Positions 1 to 9,677 of a stretch of DNA of 64,000 bases are shown piece by piece. The stretch lies in assembly GCA_963708025.1 (NCBI GenBank), contig CAVPSB010000013.1, forward strand, positions 576,001 through 640,000, in the 5' to 3' direction. Source of the DNA: an uncultured Candidatus Rokubacteria bacterium. Lineage in GTDB: Bacteria; Methylomirabilota; Methylomirabilia; Rokubacteriales; DASRDR01. Every line of letters starts with the position of its first letter. Within the stretch, counting starts at the first letter, position 1. The translations under genes and the position numbers were made by a program. The notes beneath the pieces are model-generated. The model saw only the letters and a program-made list of their open reading frames with translations. It was not told the origin of the DNA and searched no databases.

Positions 1-201
1 GCGGATCTTGAGGCCGGGGTGCCGCTTCTCCATCCGGTCGGCCAGCCAGCGGTGGGGCTCCTGGAGCTTCCCGCCGTAGCTGATGATGATCAGCTCCCGC
101 TCCTGGGCCCGGCCGGGCGCGGGGGCGCCCGCCACCAGGGCGGAGGCGCCGGCGCCGAGCACCGTCTTGTGAAAGCCTCTGCGAGTCATGATCCCGGCCA
201 T
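1..201 (-). CDS. ABC transporter substrate-binding protein (PotD/AfuA-like), N-terminal part, runs off window edge
   Basis: Read manually (not in ORF track): ATG at 201 after GAAAGGGGG RBS; MAGIMTRRGFHKTVLGAGASALVAGAPRPARAQERELIIISYGG = twin-arginine signal followed by typical 'L.I.S.GG' start. Confidence 0.75.
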   Translation of the reverse strand, partial: MAGIMTRRGFHKTVLGAGASALVAGAPAPGRAQERELIIISYGGKLQEPHRWLADRMEKRHPGLKIR

Positions 202-217
202 GGTTCCCTGCCCCCTT

Positions 218-1375
218 TCAGGTGAGCCCGCCGGGCGTCTCGCGCACGACGCCCTTGCGGATGAGCCAGTAGTCGTCCTGCCGGCGGAGCGGCGTGACCG
301 GCACCCCGGCCAGCCGGGCGAGATGGAGCACCAGGAGCTGCGCGGGCACGTGGTAGGTCACGGGCGTGAGGACCTCCGCCAGCTCTCCCGGCAGGTCGAG
401 CCGCGCGTGGGCCTTGGGGAACCGGCCGTGGGCGGGATGCCCGACGACGACCGCCCGCCCCCCGGCCCCGGCGATCCCTTCGACCAGCTCCTCGGCGCGA
501 TCCAGGGCGTTGCCGGGCGGCGCCAGGACGAGGACGACCGACCGCGCCTTCCAGGCCAGCGTGAGGAAGTACTGGAGATGGGCCCACTCCTCGAGATCCT
601 GGGCGACGCCGTTCCACGGGAGCTGCTCGTGGAACTTGGCGGCGGCGTAGTCGGCCGTGCCCCGGTTCGGGCCCGCGCCGATCACCCACAGGGTGTCGCC
701 GCCGCGAAGCTCCTCGGCGAGGGCCTCGACGCCCGGCTCGACGGCCCGCGCCGCCGCCCCGATTCCACCCACGGCCGCCTCGAGCCGCGCGAGCCAGGCC
801 GTCTCCTCCTCGGCCGACACGCGCCCCGCGCGCCGGCCGAGCGCGAGCCCGAGGATGTAGAGGGCGACCAGGGTCGCGAGGTACTCGACCATGTTGAGGT
901 ACACGCGGGCGTAGGCGGCATCGACGCCGTCGAGCGGACGCACCGGCCGGTGGAGGACATGGTCCACCAGCCCGGCCAGGGGGCCTAGCCCGCTCCCGGT
1001 CACGCCCACCGTCAGCACGCCCCGCCCGCGCGCCAGGACCATGCCCTCGCGCGTCCGCGACGAGTTGCCCGAGTTCGAGACCCCGACGACGACGTCGTCC
1101 GCCGAGAGGAGAGGACTCTCGTAGCGGGCCAGGTCGAGCGACGTCAGCACCTGGACCGGCCGTCCCGACCAGCGCCGGAGCGCGGGGAGCACCGACGTCG
1201 CCGCGAAGAGGCTGTCGCCCGAGCCGGCCAGCAGCAGCCGCCCACGCTCCCGGGCCCGGGGGTCGGCGAGGAGGCCGTCGATCGCCGGCGCCAGGGCGAG
1301 GCGCAGAGCCCGGCAGTCGAGCCCCCGGTGGATCGCGTCGACGAGCCCCTCGGCAAAGCGCTGCGGATAGCCCAC
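218..1375 (-). CDS. SIS-domain sugar-phosphate isomerase/deaminase (GlmS C-terminal/AgaS/FrlB-like, no glutaminase domain)
   Basis: Two SIS repeats: LAGSGDS, VGVSNSGNS, VIGAGPN..A..KFHE, LEEWAH. Confidence 0.85.
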   Translation of the reverse strand: MGYPQRFAEGLVDAIHRGLDCRALRLALAPAIDGLLADPRARERGRLLLAGSGDSLFAATSVLPALRRWSGRPVQVLTSLDLARYESPLLSADDVVVGVSNSGNSSRTREGMVLARGRGVLTVGVTGSGLGPLAGLVDHVLHRPVRPLDGVDAAYARVYLNMVEYLATLVALYILGLALGRRAGRVSAEEETAWLARLEAAVGGIGAAARAVEPGVEALAEELRGGDTLWVIGAGPNRGTADYAAAKFHEQLPWNGVAQDLEEWAHLQYFLTLAWKARSVVLVLAPPGNALDRAEELVEGIAGAGGRAVVVGHPAHGRFPKAHARLDLPGELAEVLTPVTYHVPAQLLVLHLARLAGVPVTPLRRQDDYWLIRKGVVRETPGGLT

Positions 1376-1530
1376 CTCGAGTCCTCTCGAAGCGGGATTC
1401 TACAGGCATCGGCGCGATGCTGTCCACGCGCCGGCGGCGGGCCCGAAGCCGTCATCCGCCCCGGAGGACGAGGACTGGCTGGGGAGGGATGGCGGCCACC
1501 GTGCTACGCTCGTACCTGGAGGAGCATGGG

Positions 1531-1758
1531 ATGAAAGATCAAGCGCCCGTCGTACATAGCGATCCCGAGATCCTGGGTGGGACGCCGGTCTTCGTCGGAA
1601 CTCGCGTGCCCCTTCGGAATCTGATCGACTACCTCGAAAGGGGCCACAGCCTTGACGAGTTTCTCGACGCGTTCCCTTCGGTTTCACGCCAGCAGGCAGT
1701 GGCTGCGCTCGAAGCGGCCCACGAGGCATTGACCATCCGTGCGCGTTCTGCTCGATGA
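1531..1758 (+). CDS. DUF433 family antitoxin (copy 1)
   Basis: DPEILGGTPVFVGTRVP..LIDYL..G.SLDEFL.AFPSVS signature; GGAGGA RBS; overlaps downstream PIN-like gene. Confidence 0.9.
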   Translation: MKDQAPVVHSDPEILGGTPVFVGTRVPLRNLIDYLERGHSLDEFLDAFPSVSRQQAVAALEAAHEALTIRARSAR

Positions 1759-2062
1759 GCAGCTGCCGAGACAGCTGGCGCAAGAACTCCTTGGCCATGA
1801 AGTTCGCACGGTCCCGCAGCAAGGCTGGGCCGGACTTGGGAACGGGGAGTTGTTACGACGCGCCGCGGGTGAAGGGTTCGAGGTCTTCTTGACCGCCGAC
1901 CAGAACCTCGAGTTCCAGCAGAATCTTGTCCGGTCCCCCCTTCGCGTGATCGTCCTGGCGGCGCCCAGCAACGCGCTGGAGGACCTGTTGCCGCTTGTAC
2001 CGAGCATCCTCCGGTCGATCCCGGATGCGCGACCGGGCCAGATCCACCGGGTCGCTGGCTAA
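1739..2062 (+). CDS. DUF5615 family PIN-like toxin (copy 1)
   Basis: MRVLLDEQLP...FLTADQNL..QQN motif; directly downstream of and overlapping DUF433. Confidence 0.88.
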   Translation: MRVLLDEQLPRQLAQELLGHEVRTVPQQGWAGLGNGELLRRAAGEGFEVFLTADQNLEFQQNLVRSPLRVIVLAAPSNALEDLLPLVPSILRSIPDARPGQIHRVAG

Positions 2063-2090
2063 CCCGACCCCGGCCATCCTCCGCGGCTGA

Positions 2091-2798
2091 TCACGACTCC
2101 GGCGAGGGCCCGAGCTTCCCGGCCTTGCTCCGGCGGAGGCCCAGGCGGACGAGCGTCTCGGCCGCCGGCAGGGCGCACGCGACCGGCTCCAGGACGGGCA
2201 TCCGCGTCGTCCGGCGCAGGTCCGCCGCGTAGGGCGAGAGCCGCGCGCCGCCCAGGATCACGAGGTCCGCGCCGAGCTCGGCGTCGGCCCGCGCGATCTG
2301 CTCCGCCAGGGCGCCGACCACGGCCTCGGGCCTCGGCGAGGCCTCGCTCAGCGGCGGGAGACTCACCGCGCGGACGCCGGCGCAGCGGGGTTCGAAGCCC
2401 AGGAGCCGCACCAGGTCCTCGGTGTACGGGATCATCGTCGGCGTCGTGGTGACGATGACGAACCGGTGGCAGAGCAGCGTCGCGAGCGCCAGCGCCGCCT
2501 CGGCCATGGAGACGACCGGGACCGCGAGCGCGTCCTTGACGGCCGCGGTGCCGTAGTTCCCGAATCCCGCCAGCACCACCGCGTCCGGCACCGGCCGCAC
2601 GCCGGCCAGCCCGGCCACCAGCGCCCGTCCGGCGACGGCGTCGGTGACGAACCCGTCGACCACCGGCGGGCCCTCCCGGTTGGTCCAGCCCACCACCTCG
2701 GTGCCGGGAGCGGCCACCGCCCGGGCGAGCGTCACGCACGCCTCCGTGATCGCCCCGGTCGAGTTGGGATTCGCCACGAGGACTCGCACGGCGCTCAC
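2091..2798 (-). CDS. Asp/Glu/hydantoin (allantoin) racemase family protein
   Basis: VLVANPNST..IT, DAVVLAGFG, VVSMAEAA, DLVILGGA, PVLEPV; GTG start at 2798 after GGGGGAG. Confidence 0.85.
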   Translation of the reverse strand: MSAVRVLVANPNSTGAITEACVTLARAVAAPGTEVVGWTNREGPPVVDGFVTDAVAGRALVAGLAGVRPVPDAVVLAGFGNYGTAAVKDALAVPVVSMAEAALALATLLCHRFVIVTTTPTMIPYTEDLVRLLGFEPRCAGVRAVSLPPLSEASPRPEAVVGALAEQIARADAELGADLVILGGARLSPYAADLRRTTRMPVLEPVACALPAAETLVRLGLRRSKAGKLGPSPES

Positions 2799-2884
2799 CT
2801 CCCCCGCTCGCCGGCATTCTGCCGCGGGCGACAGTCGAACAGCAATCCCGGGGCGCGATACCGTACGCCCCGAGGAGGGAGTCG

Positions 2885-4430
2885 ATGGCCTCGTCACTCG
2901 TTCGGGGGCGGCACGTGATCTGCCGGGTCCGGAGCCGGACGGAGGCGGAGATCGTCAACGACGGCGCCGTCTTCCAGCGCGACGGCACGATCGTCGAGGT
3001 CGGGCCGTACCGGACGCTGGCCCGGAAATACCAGCCCGACGAGGTGATCGGCTCGAGTGAGCACGTGGTCCTGCCCGGCCTGGTCAACAGCCACCACCAC
3101 GTCGGCCTCACCCCGTTCCAGCACGGGTCGCCCGACCATCCGCTCGAGCTCTGGTTCGCCAGCCGGATGGCCGCGCGGGACGTCGATCCCTACCTGGACA
3201 CGCTCTACTCGGCCTTCGAGATGGTGGAGTCGGGCGTCACGACGGTCCAGCACCTCCACGGCTGGCGGGTGGCTCCCGCTTCCCGGGTGCGGGCCATCGC
3301 TGAGCGCATTCTCCGCGCCCACGACGACATCGGCATGCGGGTGTCGTACTCGTACTCGCTGCGCGATCAGAACCGGCTCGTGTACGAGGCGGACGAGGAC
3401 TTCCTCCGGCGGCTGCCGGCGGACCTCGCCGGCGACATCGCCGCCTGGTTCCGGAGCCAGACCATCCCGCTCGAGGAGCAGCTCGGCCTGTTCGTCGATC
3501 TCTGGGAGCACCTCGGGCAGAATACCCGGGAGCGGGCGCGCATCCAGCTCGCCCCGGCCAACCTCCACTGGTGCTCGGACCGGGCCCTGGAGGCGGTACG
3601 GGACCTCGCCCGCCGCCACCGGGTCGGGATGCACATGCACCTCCTCGAGACCGCGTACCAGAAGGAGTACGCGCGCCGGCGGACCGGCACTAGCGCGGTC
3701 GCGGCATCTCGCGGAGCTGGGGCTGCTGGGCCCGGACCTCACGCTCGGCCATGGCGTCTGGCTCACCGACGACGACCTCGACCGCGTCGCCGAGAGCGGG
3801 ACCATGATCTGCCACAACGCCAGCTCGAACCTCCGGCTCCGGAGCGGCATCGCGCCCCTCAATCGCTGGACGGCCCGTGGCGTCCGGGTCGCCCTGGGGC
3901 TGGACGAGGCGGGGATCAACGACGACCGGGACATGCTCCAGGAGATGCGCCTGGTCCTCCGGCTCCACCGCGTGCCGGGCATGGACGACACGGTCCCCAC
4001 CGCGGCCGAGGTCTTCCGGATGGCCACCGAGCACGGCGCGGCCACGACGCCCTTCGCCGGCCGGATCGGGACCCTGGAGCCAGGGAAAGCGGCGGATCTG
4101 GTGCTGCTCGACTGGCGGCACATCGCCCATCCGTACCTCGATCCGGAGACGCCGGTGCTCGACGCCGTGGTGCACCGGGGGCGCGCGACCGGCGTGACGA
4201 TCGTCATGGTGAACGGGGAGGTGATCCTGCGAGACGGCCGGCTCACGCGAGTGGACAAGGCCGCGCTGCTCGAAGAGCTGGCCGCGGCGCTCCGCGCACC
4301 GCTCCGGCCCGACGAGGAGCACCGTCGTCGCGTCGCCCGCGCCGTGTTCCCCCACGTCAGGCGCTTTTACGACGGCTGGCTCGACGAGCGCACCCGGGAT
4401 CCGTACTACCGCCAGAACTCCCGTACCTGA
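2885..4430 (+). CDS. Metal-dependent amidohydrolase/deaminase (AtzA/TrzA/SsnA-like); frameshift near 3701
   Basis: PGLVNSHHH and HMHLLET in frame 2885; GHGVW, HNASSNLRL.SG, GLDE, G.LEPGKAADL in frame 3057; one extra base near 3701 joins the frames. Confidence 0.85.
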
Positions 4431-4597
4431 GCACGTCGGGCCGCGGAAGCCGTCACCGGCCACGTCCGGTCGGGGCGCGCCGCGCGGGTGCAACGGCAAC
4501 GAGCTCGAGTCGCTCGCGGTGATGGTCCAGGGGTCGAGCCCTGCGGATGACGGCTGGTACGCGTCGTCACATCAACTGCGGAGAGATGCGTGAAGAC

Positions 4598-4668
4598 GCC
4601 TAACGACGCCAGTGAGCTGCGCGGCAAGCGAATGCGAGCCAACCGTCCGCTCGACCGAGAGGCTAGGC
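4598..4668 (-). mobile_element. Solitary integron attC-like recombination site
   Basis: Minus strand: GCCTAGC-ctctc(5)-GGTCGAGC(8)-variable region-GCTCACT(7)-ggcgtc(6)-GTTAGGC; canonical R''/L''/L'/R' spacing with extra base in L''; R'' differs from RYYYAAC by one base. Confidence 0.7.
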
Positions 4669-4943
4669 CAGAGGATCGCGTTCGACAATGAGGCCGCGTC
4701 CGACTGAGGCGCGTCCATGAGGCTCGCCATGTGGACTTACTCCGCGAAGGCACGGCGAGCTCGCTCCACCTTGTCGGCGTCCGTTGAAATGCCTTCAGAA
4801 AGGTCGAGGGTTTCCACCCCATCCTGCCTGAGGCCATGTCAGCCAGCGTCCCCGCGGATCTCCCTTCCAGCCGACCACCGACGTCCCGCTTACCTCGCCG
4901 GTTGGGTCGTCGAAGGCGACAGCAGGGATTTCAGCGAATCCGA

Positions 4944-5034
4944 CCCCCTCTTACCCCCCTCTGGGGGAGAGGGGGAAGAGGCATCAGCCCCTCCCTCACC
5001 TCAACCCTCTCCCTCCCGAGGGGGGGAGAGGGAG
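4944..5034. repeat. REP-like GC-rich palindromic repeat (CCCTCACC..CCCTCTCCC..GGGAGAGGG type), two tandem units
   Basis: Stem CCCTCTCCC (5005-5013) / GGGAGAGGG (5024-5032) preceded by a similar degenerate unit. Confidence 0.65.
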
Positions 5035-5125
5035 CGGATAGAGGCCACGATCGTCACGTCTGCGTGGTGTCAGGAGTTTCGAATTGGGGTTAGCGTTACC
5101 CATCTCGGCAGGAGGGCGCTGGGCC

Positions 5126-5971
5126 CTAGCGGAGGGCGGCGGCCAGGGTCAGGGCGATCACGAAATAGCCGATCCGGTTGGCATGAGGGTCGGGGCCCTG
5201 GGGTGGCGGCGTGCACGCCCACGTCCACTGGCAGACCAGAACCACGTTGACCGGCAGGCCGATGCCGGGAATCAGCCGGAAGTCGTCGGCGTGGAACGCG
5301 CGGGCGACGTCGGCGACGGGCACCCGGAAGAAGCCGTAGACGGCCTCGAGCAGGTCGTTGAACTGCGACGTCACGAAGGCCGAGTCCTGGGCCAGTTCCT
5401 GACCCGCCGGCCCCTGGAGCCAGAGCGCCAGCAGGGGGTTGTAGTAGTTCATCGCCACGATGGGCACGCGGGGGGCTGCCGTCCGGAGCGCGGTCAGGAT
5501 GTAGGGAAGGTTCGTCTGGACCGTCGCGAACGCGGTACCGATGCACTGCACGTCGTCGAGGGAGCAGTTCAGCAGGTCGTTGGCGCCGATGTCGATGGTG
5601 ACGAGCGAGACGGCGTGCCGGTTCGCCTGGAGGAACACCACGGCCTCGTTGAGCTGAGAGCCATGCGTGTACGTACAGGTGCTCCCGACCCCGGTGATCA
5701 TGGCGGTGCTCGTCTCCGCGTAGCAGCCGAGCTTCACGAGCTGGAGCTTCGGGTTCTTGAGACGGAGGAGCCGGTGGAACTGGTCGGCATAGCCCTGATC
5801 CGTGGGCTCGTCCTGCCCGGTTTCGTCCGGCTGGGTGCCGATCGAGAGCGACGTGCCGAGGGAGAGGTAGATCGGGGCCGGGCCGGCGCTGGCGGCCAGC
5901 CCCGGTGACGCCAGGACGGCGAGCAGTGCCAGAACCAGGCTCCACGCGATCGAGGCATGGCGATGTCCCAT
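5126..5971 (-). CDS. Secreted SGNH/GDSL-family hydrolase
   Basis: Signal peptide; block I YLSLGTSL, block II LGC..ET, block III IGANDL, block V DPHAN; AAGGAGG RBS before ATG 5971. Confidence 0.85.
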   Translation of the reverse strand: MGHRHASIAWSLVLALLAVLASPGLAASAGPAPIYLSLGTSLSIGTQPDETGQDEPTDQGYADQFHRLLRLKNPKLQLVKLGCYAETSTAMITGVGSTCTYTHGSQLNEAVVFLQANRHAVSLVTIDIGANDLLNCSLDDVQCIGTAFATVQTNLPYILTALRTAAPRVPIVAMNYYNPLLALWLQGPAGQELAQDSAFVTSQFNDLLEAVYGFFRVPVADVARAFHADDFRLIPGIGLPVNVVLVCQWTWACTPPPQGPDPHANRIGYFVIALTLAAALR

Positions 5972-6192
5972 CTCGTGCCTCCTTCTGGTGATGAACCGGG
6001 CCGTGGTCCGGAACGCGGGGCGGACTGCACGCGGATGAGCCCGTAGGGTCACAGGGGGGGTGGGCGCGGTCTCGTGCGCCCGAGAATCCGTACGGCGGAC
6101 GCCCCGGGGAGCGGGCGAGTGATCGGACACGCTTCCCTCCAGTCTCGGCCGTGTGCGTCGCGAACCTACGCCAGCCCGGGAATCGCGTCAAG

Positions 6193-6218
6193 GTATCCAG
6201 GCGTTGACTGTATCCAGG
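6193..6218 (+). promoter_or_regulatory. GTATCCAGG direct repeat flanking a TTGACT hexamer; candidate operator
   Basis: GTATCCAGG at 6193-6201 and 6210-6218 in the divergent intergenic region. Confidence 0.35.
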
Positions 6219-6322
6219 ACTGACAGAACCACCCCGACCGGCAACGCTATTGACCGTGCGGGACCCACTGTGCTCGACTGAACCCGGGAGCCACCAGTGG
6301 GCGCACCGCGGGAGCGAGAGCC

Positions 6323-7923
6323 GTGCTCGATGTCCTGATCGCCAACGGGGTCGTGATCGATGGCGGCGGCGGACCGTCCGTGCGCGCCGACGTCGGGATC
6401 GAGGGCGACCGGATCGTGGCCGTGGGTCCCCTGCCCGGCGCCGCGGCCCGGCGGACCATCGACGCGACCGGGCTCGCCGTCGCGCCGGGCTTCATCGACC
6501 TCCACACCCACTCCGACGTGCCCCTCCTGGTGGACGGCCGCGGCCTGAGCAAGATCCGCCAGGGCGTGACGACCGAGGTGACCGGGAACTGCGGGTACAC
6601 GCCGTACCCGGTCGTCCCCGACCGGGCCCGCCTCCTGCGGGACCTGGTCTCGAGCTACGGGGACCACGTCGAGCTGACGTGGACCGACCTGGCCGGCTAC
6701 CGGGAGGCCCTGACCCGGCAGGGCATCGGCCCCAACGTCGCCCCCCTCGTCGGCCACAGCGCCATCCGCGGCGCGGTGGTCGGCTTCGACGAGCGGCCGG
6801 CGACGCCGGACGAGCTGCGCGCGATGCAGCGCCTCGTCGCCGCGGCGATGGACCAGGGGGCCTTCGGCCTCTCGACGGGCCTGACCCTGCCGCCGAGCGC
6901 GTACGGCGACACCGACGAGGTCGTCGCCCTGGCCTCCGCCATGACCGCGTACCCGGGGCGCTTCTACACCAGCCACATCCGGTGCTGGGCGGGCCAGCAC
7001 ATCGGCGCGGTCGTCGAGGCGGTGGAGATCGGCCGGCGCGCCGGGGTGCCGGTCAACGTCTCCCACATGGCGGTCAACGAGCCCAAGCACTGGGGCGAGG
7101 CGGACCGGGTCATCGCCGTCTGCGAGCGCGGCGCCGCCGAGGGGCGGGACGTGACCTTCGACGTCTATCCCTACGCGGCGAGCAGCTCCGGCTTCTCCCA
7201 GTGCATGCCGACCTGGGCGCAGTCCGGGGGCCGGGCGGCGCTGGTCGCGCGCCTCCGGGACCCGGCGGCGCGCGCCCGGATCCGGGCCGACATGCTCCAG
7301 GAGGGGCTCTTCCGCGGCTGGCCGTGGCTGTGGGACCGGCTGCAGGTCTGCGGGGTGGCCGGCGAGGCGCTCAAGCGCTACGAGGGGAAGACGATCCAGC
7401 AGGTGGCGGACGCCCTGGGGTGCGAGGCGATCGACGCCGCCCTCACCCTGATGGACCGGGACGAGGGGCACGTGCGGATCATCTTCTACTACCGGACCGA
7501 GGAGGACATGCGGGCGTTCCTCCGGCACCCGATGGCCATGATGGGCTCCGACGGCTCCGCCCTCGCCCGCGAGGGGCTGCTCGGCGAGGGGAAGCCCCAT
7601 CCCCGCTCGTACGGCGCGGCCGCCCGCGTGCTGGGGCGCTACGCGCGCGACGAGCGAGTGCTGAGCCTGAGCGAGGCCGTCCACAAGATGAGCGGCCAGG
7701 TGGCCGACCGGCTCGGGCTCCGGGACCGGGGGCGACTCCGGGTCGGCCAGGCCGCCGACGTCGTCGTCTTCGACCCGGCGACGGTGCGCGACCGGGCCAC
7801 CTTCGAGGACCCGCACCAGTACGCCGACGGCGTCCCGTTCGTGCTGGTCAACGGCCGGCTCGCCGTCGACGCCGGCGCCCACACCGGCGTCCTTGGCCGG
7901 ACAGGTGCTGGCACCTCCGCTGA
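6323..7923 (+). CDS. N-acyl-D-amino-acid deacylase (D-aminoacylase) family; 3' end probably disturbed by indels
   Basis: PGFIDLHTHSD, QGVTTEVTGNCG, FDVYPYAASS, GSDG..HPRSYG, ADVVVFDP. As assembled the ORF reads to 8050; removing indels gives a family-like end HTGVLAGQVLHLR* at 7923. Confidence 0.88.
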
Positions 7924-7959
7924 TCCAAGAGCGCGTGAAGCAATCGGGTGCCTCCGGCT

Positions 7960-8016
7960 CCCCCCTCCCCGGTGGGTGGGGGAGGGGGGCTGGGGGGGTG
8001 GGCGGGAGGTCCCGAA
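7960..8016. repeat. REP-like hairpin repeat with GGGCGGGAGGTCCCGAA tail (related copy at 45799-45843)
   Basis: CCCCCCTCCCC/GGGGAGGGGGG stem; 17 bp identical to the reverse complement of 45799-45815. Confidence 0.6.
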
Positions 8017-8033
8017 AAAAGGAGGATCGTCCG

Positions 8034-9635
8034 ATGAGCGCAACGCGTGATCGCTGGCTGACCCGCCGCCGCTTCCTGGGCCTGGCCGGGCTGACCGCGT
8101 CGGTGGCGTGGTCACGGACGGGCGTCCGGGCCGCCACCCCGGTCGGCCCCAAGCAGACGTTCGTCTACGCCATGGGCGCGGACCCGACGAACCTCGACCC
8201 CCACTCGACCACGGACGGGCTCGCCACCGTCGCGATGCACCGCTGCTACGACAAGCTCCTGGAGCTGACGCCCGGCGAGCCGAAGCCCGGGACCCCGCTC
8301 GACGTCCGGCCGGACCTGGCGGAGTCGTGGCGCGTCAGCGACGACGGCCTCCGCTACACCTTCCGGCTCCGCAAGGGCCTCAAGTTCGCCGACGGCTCGA
8401 CGCTCGACGCCAAGGCGGTGAAGTGGTCGTTCGACCGGATGATGGCGATCAACAAGGGCGCCGCCGCCCAGCTCCGGCAGCTCCGCTCCACCGAGGCGCT
8501 CGACGCCACCACCGTCCAGATGACGCTGAGCGAGCCGTACGCGTACTTCCTGCCCACCATCGCCGGCAACACCGCCGCGGCCGTCGTGAACCCGAAGATC
8601 ATGGACCACGAGAAGGACGGCGACCGGGGCCAGGCCTGGCTGGCCAACAACGCGATGGGCAGCGGGCCCTACGTGCTGACGGAGTGGCGGCGCGGCCAGC
8701 AGGTCACGCTCGACTACAACCCGCACTGGTACGGCAAGGAGCCGTCGATCAAGCGGGTGATCGTGAAGATCGTCCCGGAGTCGATCAACCAGAAGCTCCA
8801 GCTCGAGAAAGGCGACATCGACACCATGGCGCCCATCAGCATCCCCGAGATGCTGAGCCTCCAGGGCAAGCCCGGCGTCCGGGTGCTCGAGGTGCCGAGC
8901 CTGCTGCTCATCCTCGCCTACCTCAACAACAAGAAGCCGCCCCTGGACAACGTCAAGGTCCGCCAGGCGATGAGCTACGCCATCAACTACGACCAGATCA
9001 TCAAGGAGCTGATCCAGGGGAAGGGCCGGCGGCTCCGGGGCCCGATCGCCTACGGGATGGAAGGCTACGACCCGAACCTGAAGGGCTACGACTACGACCC
9101 GGCCAGGGCCAAGCAGCTCCTGGCGGAGGCGGGCTTCCCGCGGGGCCTCGAGCTCACCCTGACCTACGCCTCGCAAGGGGCACCCGGCGCCGACGACGTC
9201 GCGCTGGCCGCCCAGGCCAACCTCGCCGAGGTGGGCATCCGGGTGAAGATCGAGAAGGTGGCCGAGCCGACCCGGCGCGAGCGGATCGACAAGGGCGACT
9301 TCCAGTGGAGCGTGGGCGGGTGGACCACGAGCCCGCTCCCGCCTCAGACCATCTACCGCTGGATCCACTCGAGCCTGCAGGGCATCAACGCGAACCGGGC
9401 CTTCTACTCGAACCCCCGCGTCGACGAGCTGGTGAGCAAGGCCCCGACGATCCTCGACGGTGCGAAGCGCATCGCGATGTACCAGGAAGCCCAGCGGATC
9501 ATCGTCGACGAGGCGCCGTACCTCCTCTTCTACCAGGCGAACCAGATCATGGCGCTCCGCGACACCGTGGACGGGTTCGAGGTCAAGCCCGGCGGCTCCC
9601 AGTACATGACCTACGAGCGGTTCTCGAAGCGGTAG
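8034..9635 (+). CDS. Peptide/nickel ABC transporter substrate-binding protein (family 5), Tat signal
   Basis: TRRRFLG; DPTNLDP, PDLAESW, GSGPY, VRQAMSYAIN; AAGGAGG RBS. Confidence 0.92.
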   Translation: MSATRDRWLTRRRFLGLAGLTASVAWSRTGVRAATPVGPKQTFVYAMGADPTNLDPHSTTDGLATVAMHRCYDKLLELTPGEPKPGTPLDVRPDLAESWRVSDDGLRYTFRLRKGLKFADGSTLDAKAVKWSFDRMMAINKGAAAQLRQLRSTEALDATTVQMTLSEPYAYFLPTIAGNTAAAVVNPKIMDHEKDGDRGQAWLANNAMGSGPYVLTEWRRGQQVTLDYNPHWYGKEPSIKRVIVKIVPESINQKLQLEKGDIDTMAPISIPEMLSLQGKPGVRVLEVPSLLLILAYLNNKKPPLDNVKVRQAMSYAINYDQIIKELIQGKGRRLRGPIAYGMEGYDPNLKGYDYDPARAKQLLAEAGFPRGLELTLTYASQGAPGADDVALAAQANLAEVGIRVKIEKVAEPTRRERIDKGDFQWSVGGWTTSPLPPQTIYRWIHSSLQGINANRAFYSNPRVDELVSKAPTILDGAKRIAMYQEAQRIIVDEAPYLLFYQANQIMALRDTVDGFEVKPGGSQYMTYERFSKR

Positions 9636-9677
9636 GCGCCCCGGAGGGCCTCGACGGCCCCGGGCGCCGGCGGCCCG

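Noticed and set aside
4406..4837. 143-aa minus-strand ORF
   Set aside because: Reads through the attC-like site and has no motif; likely spurious.
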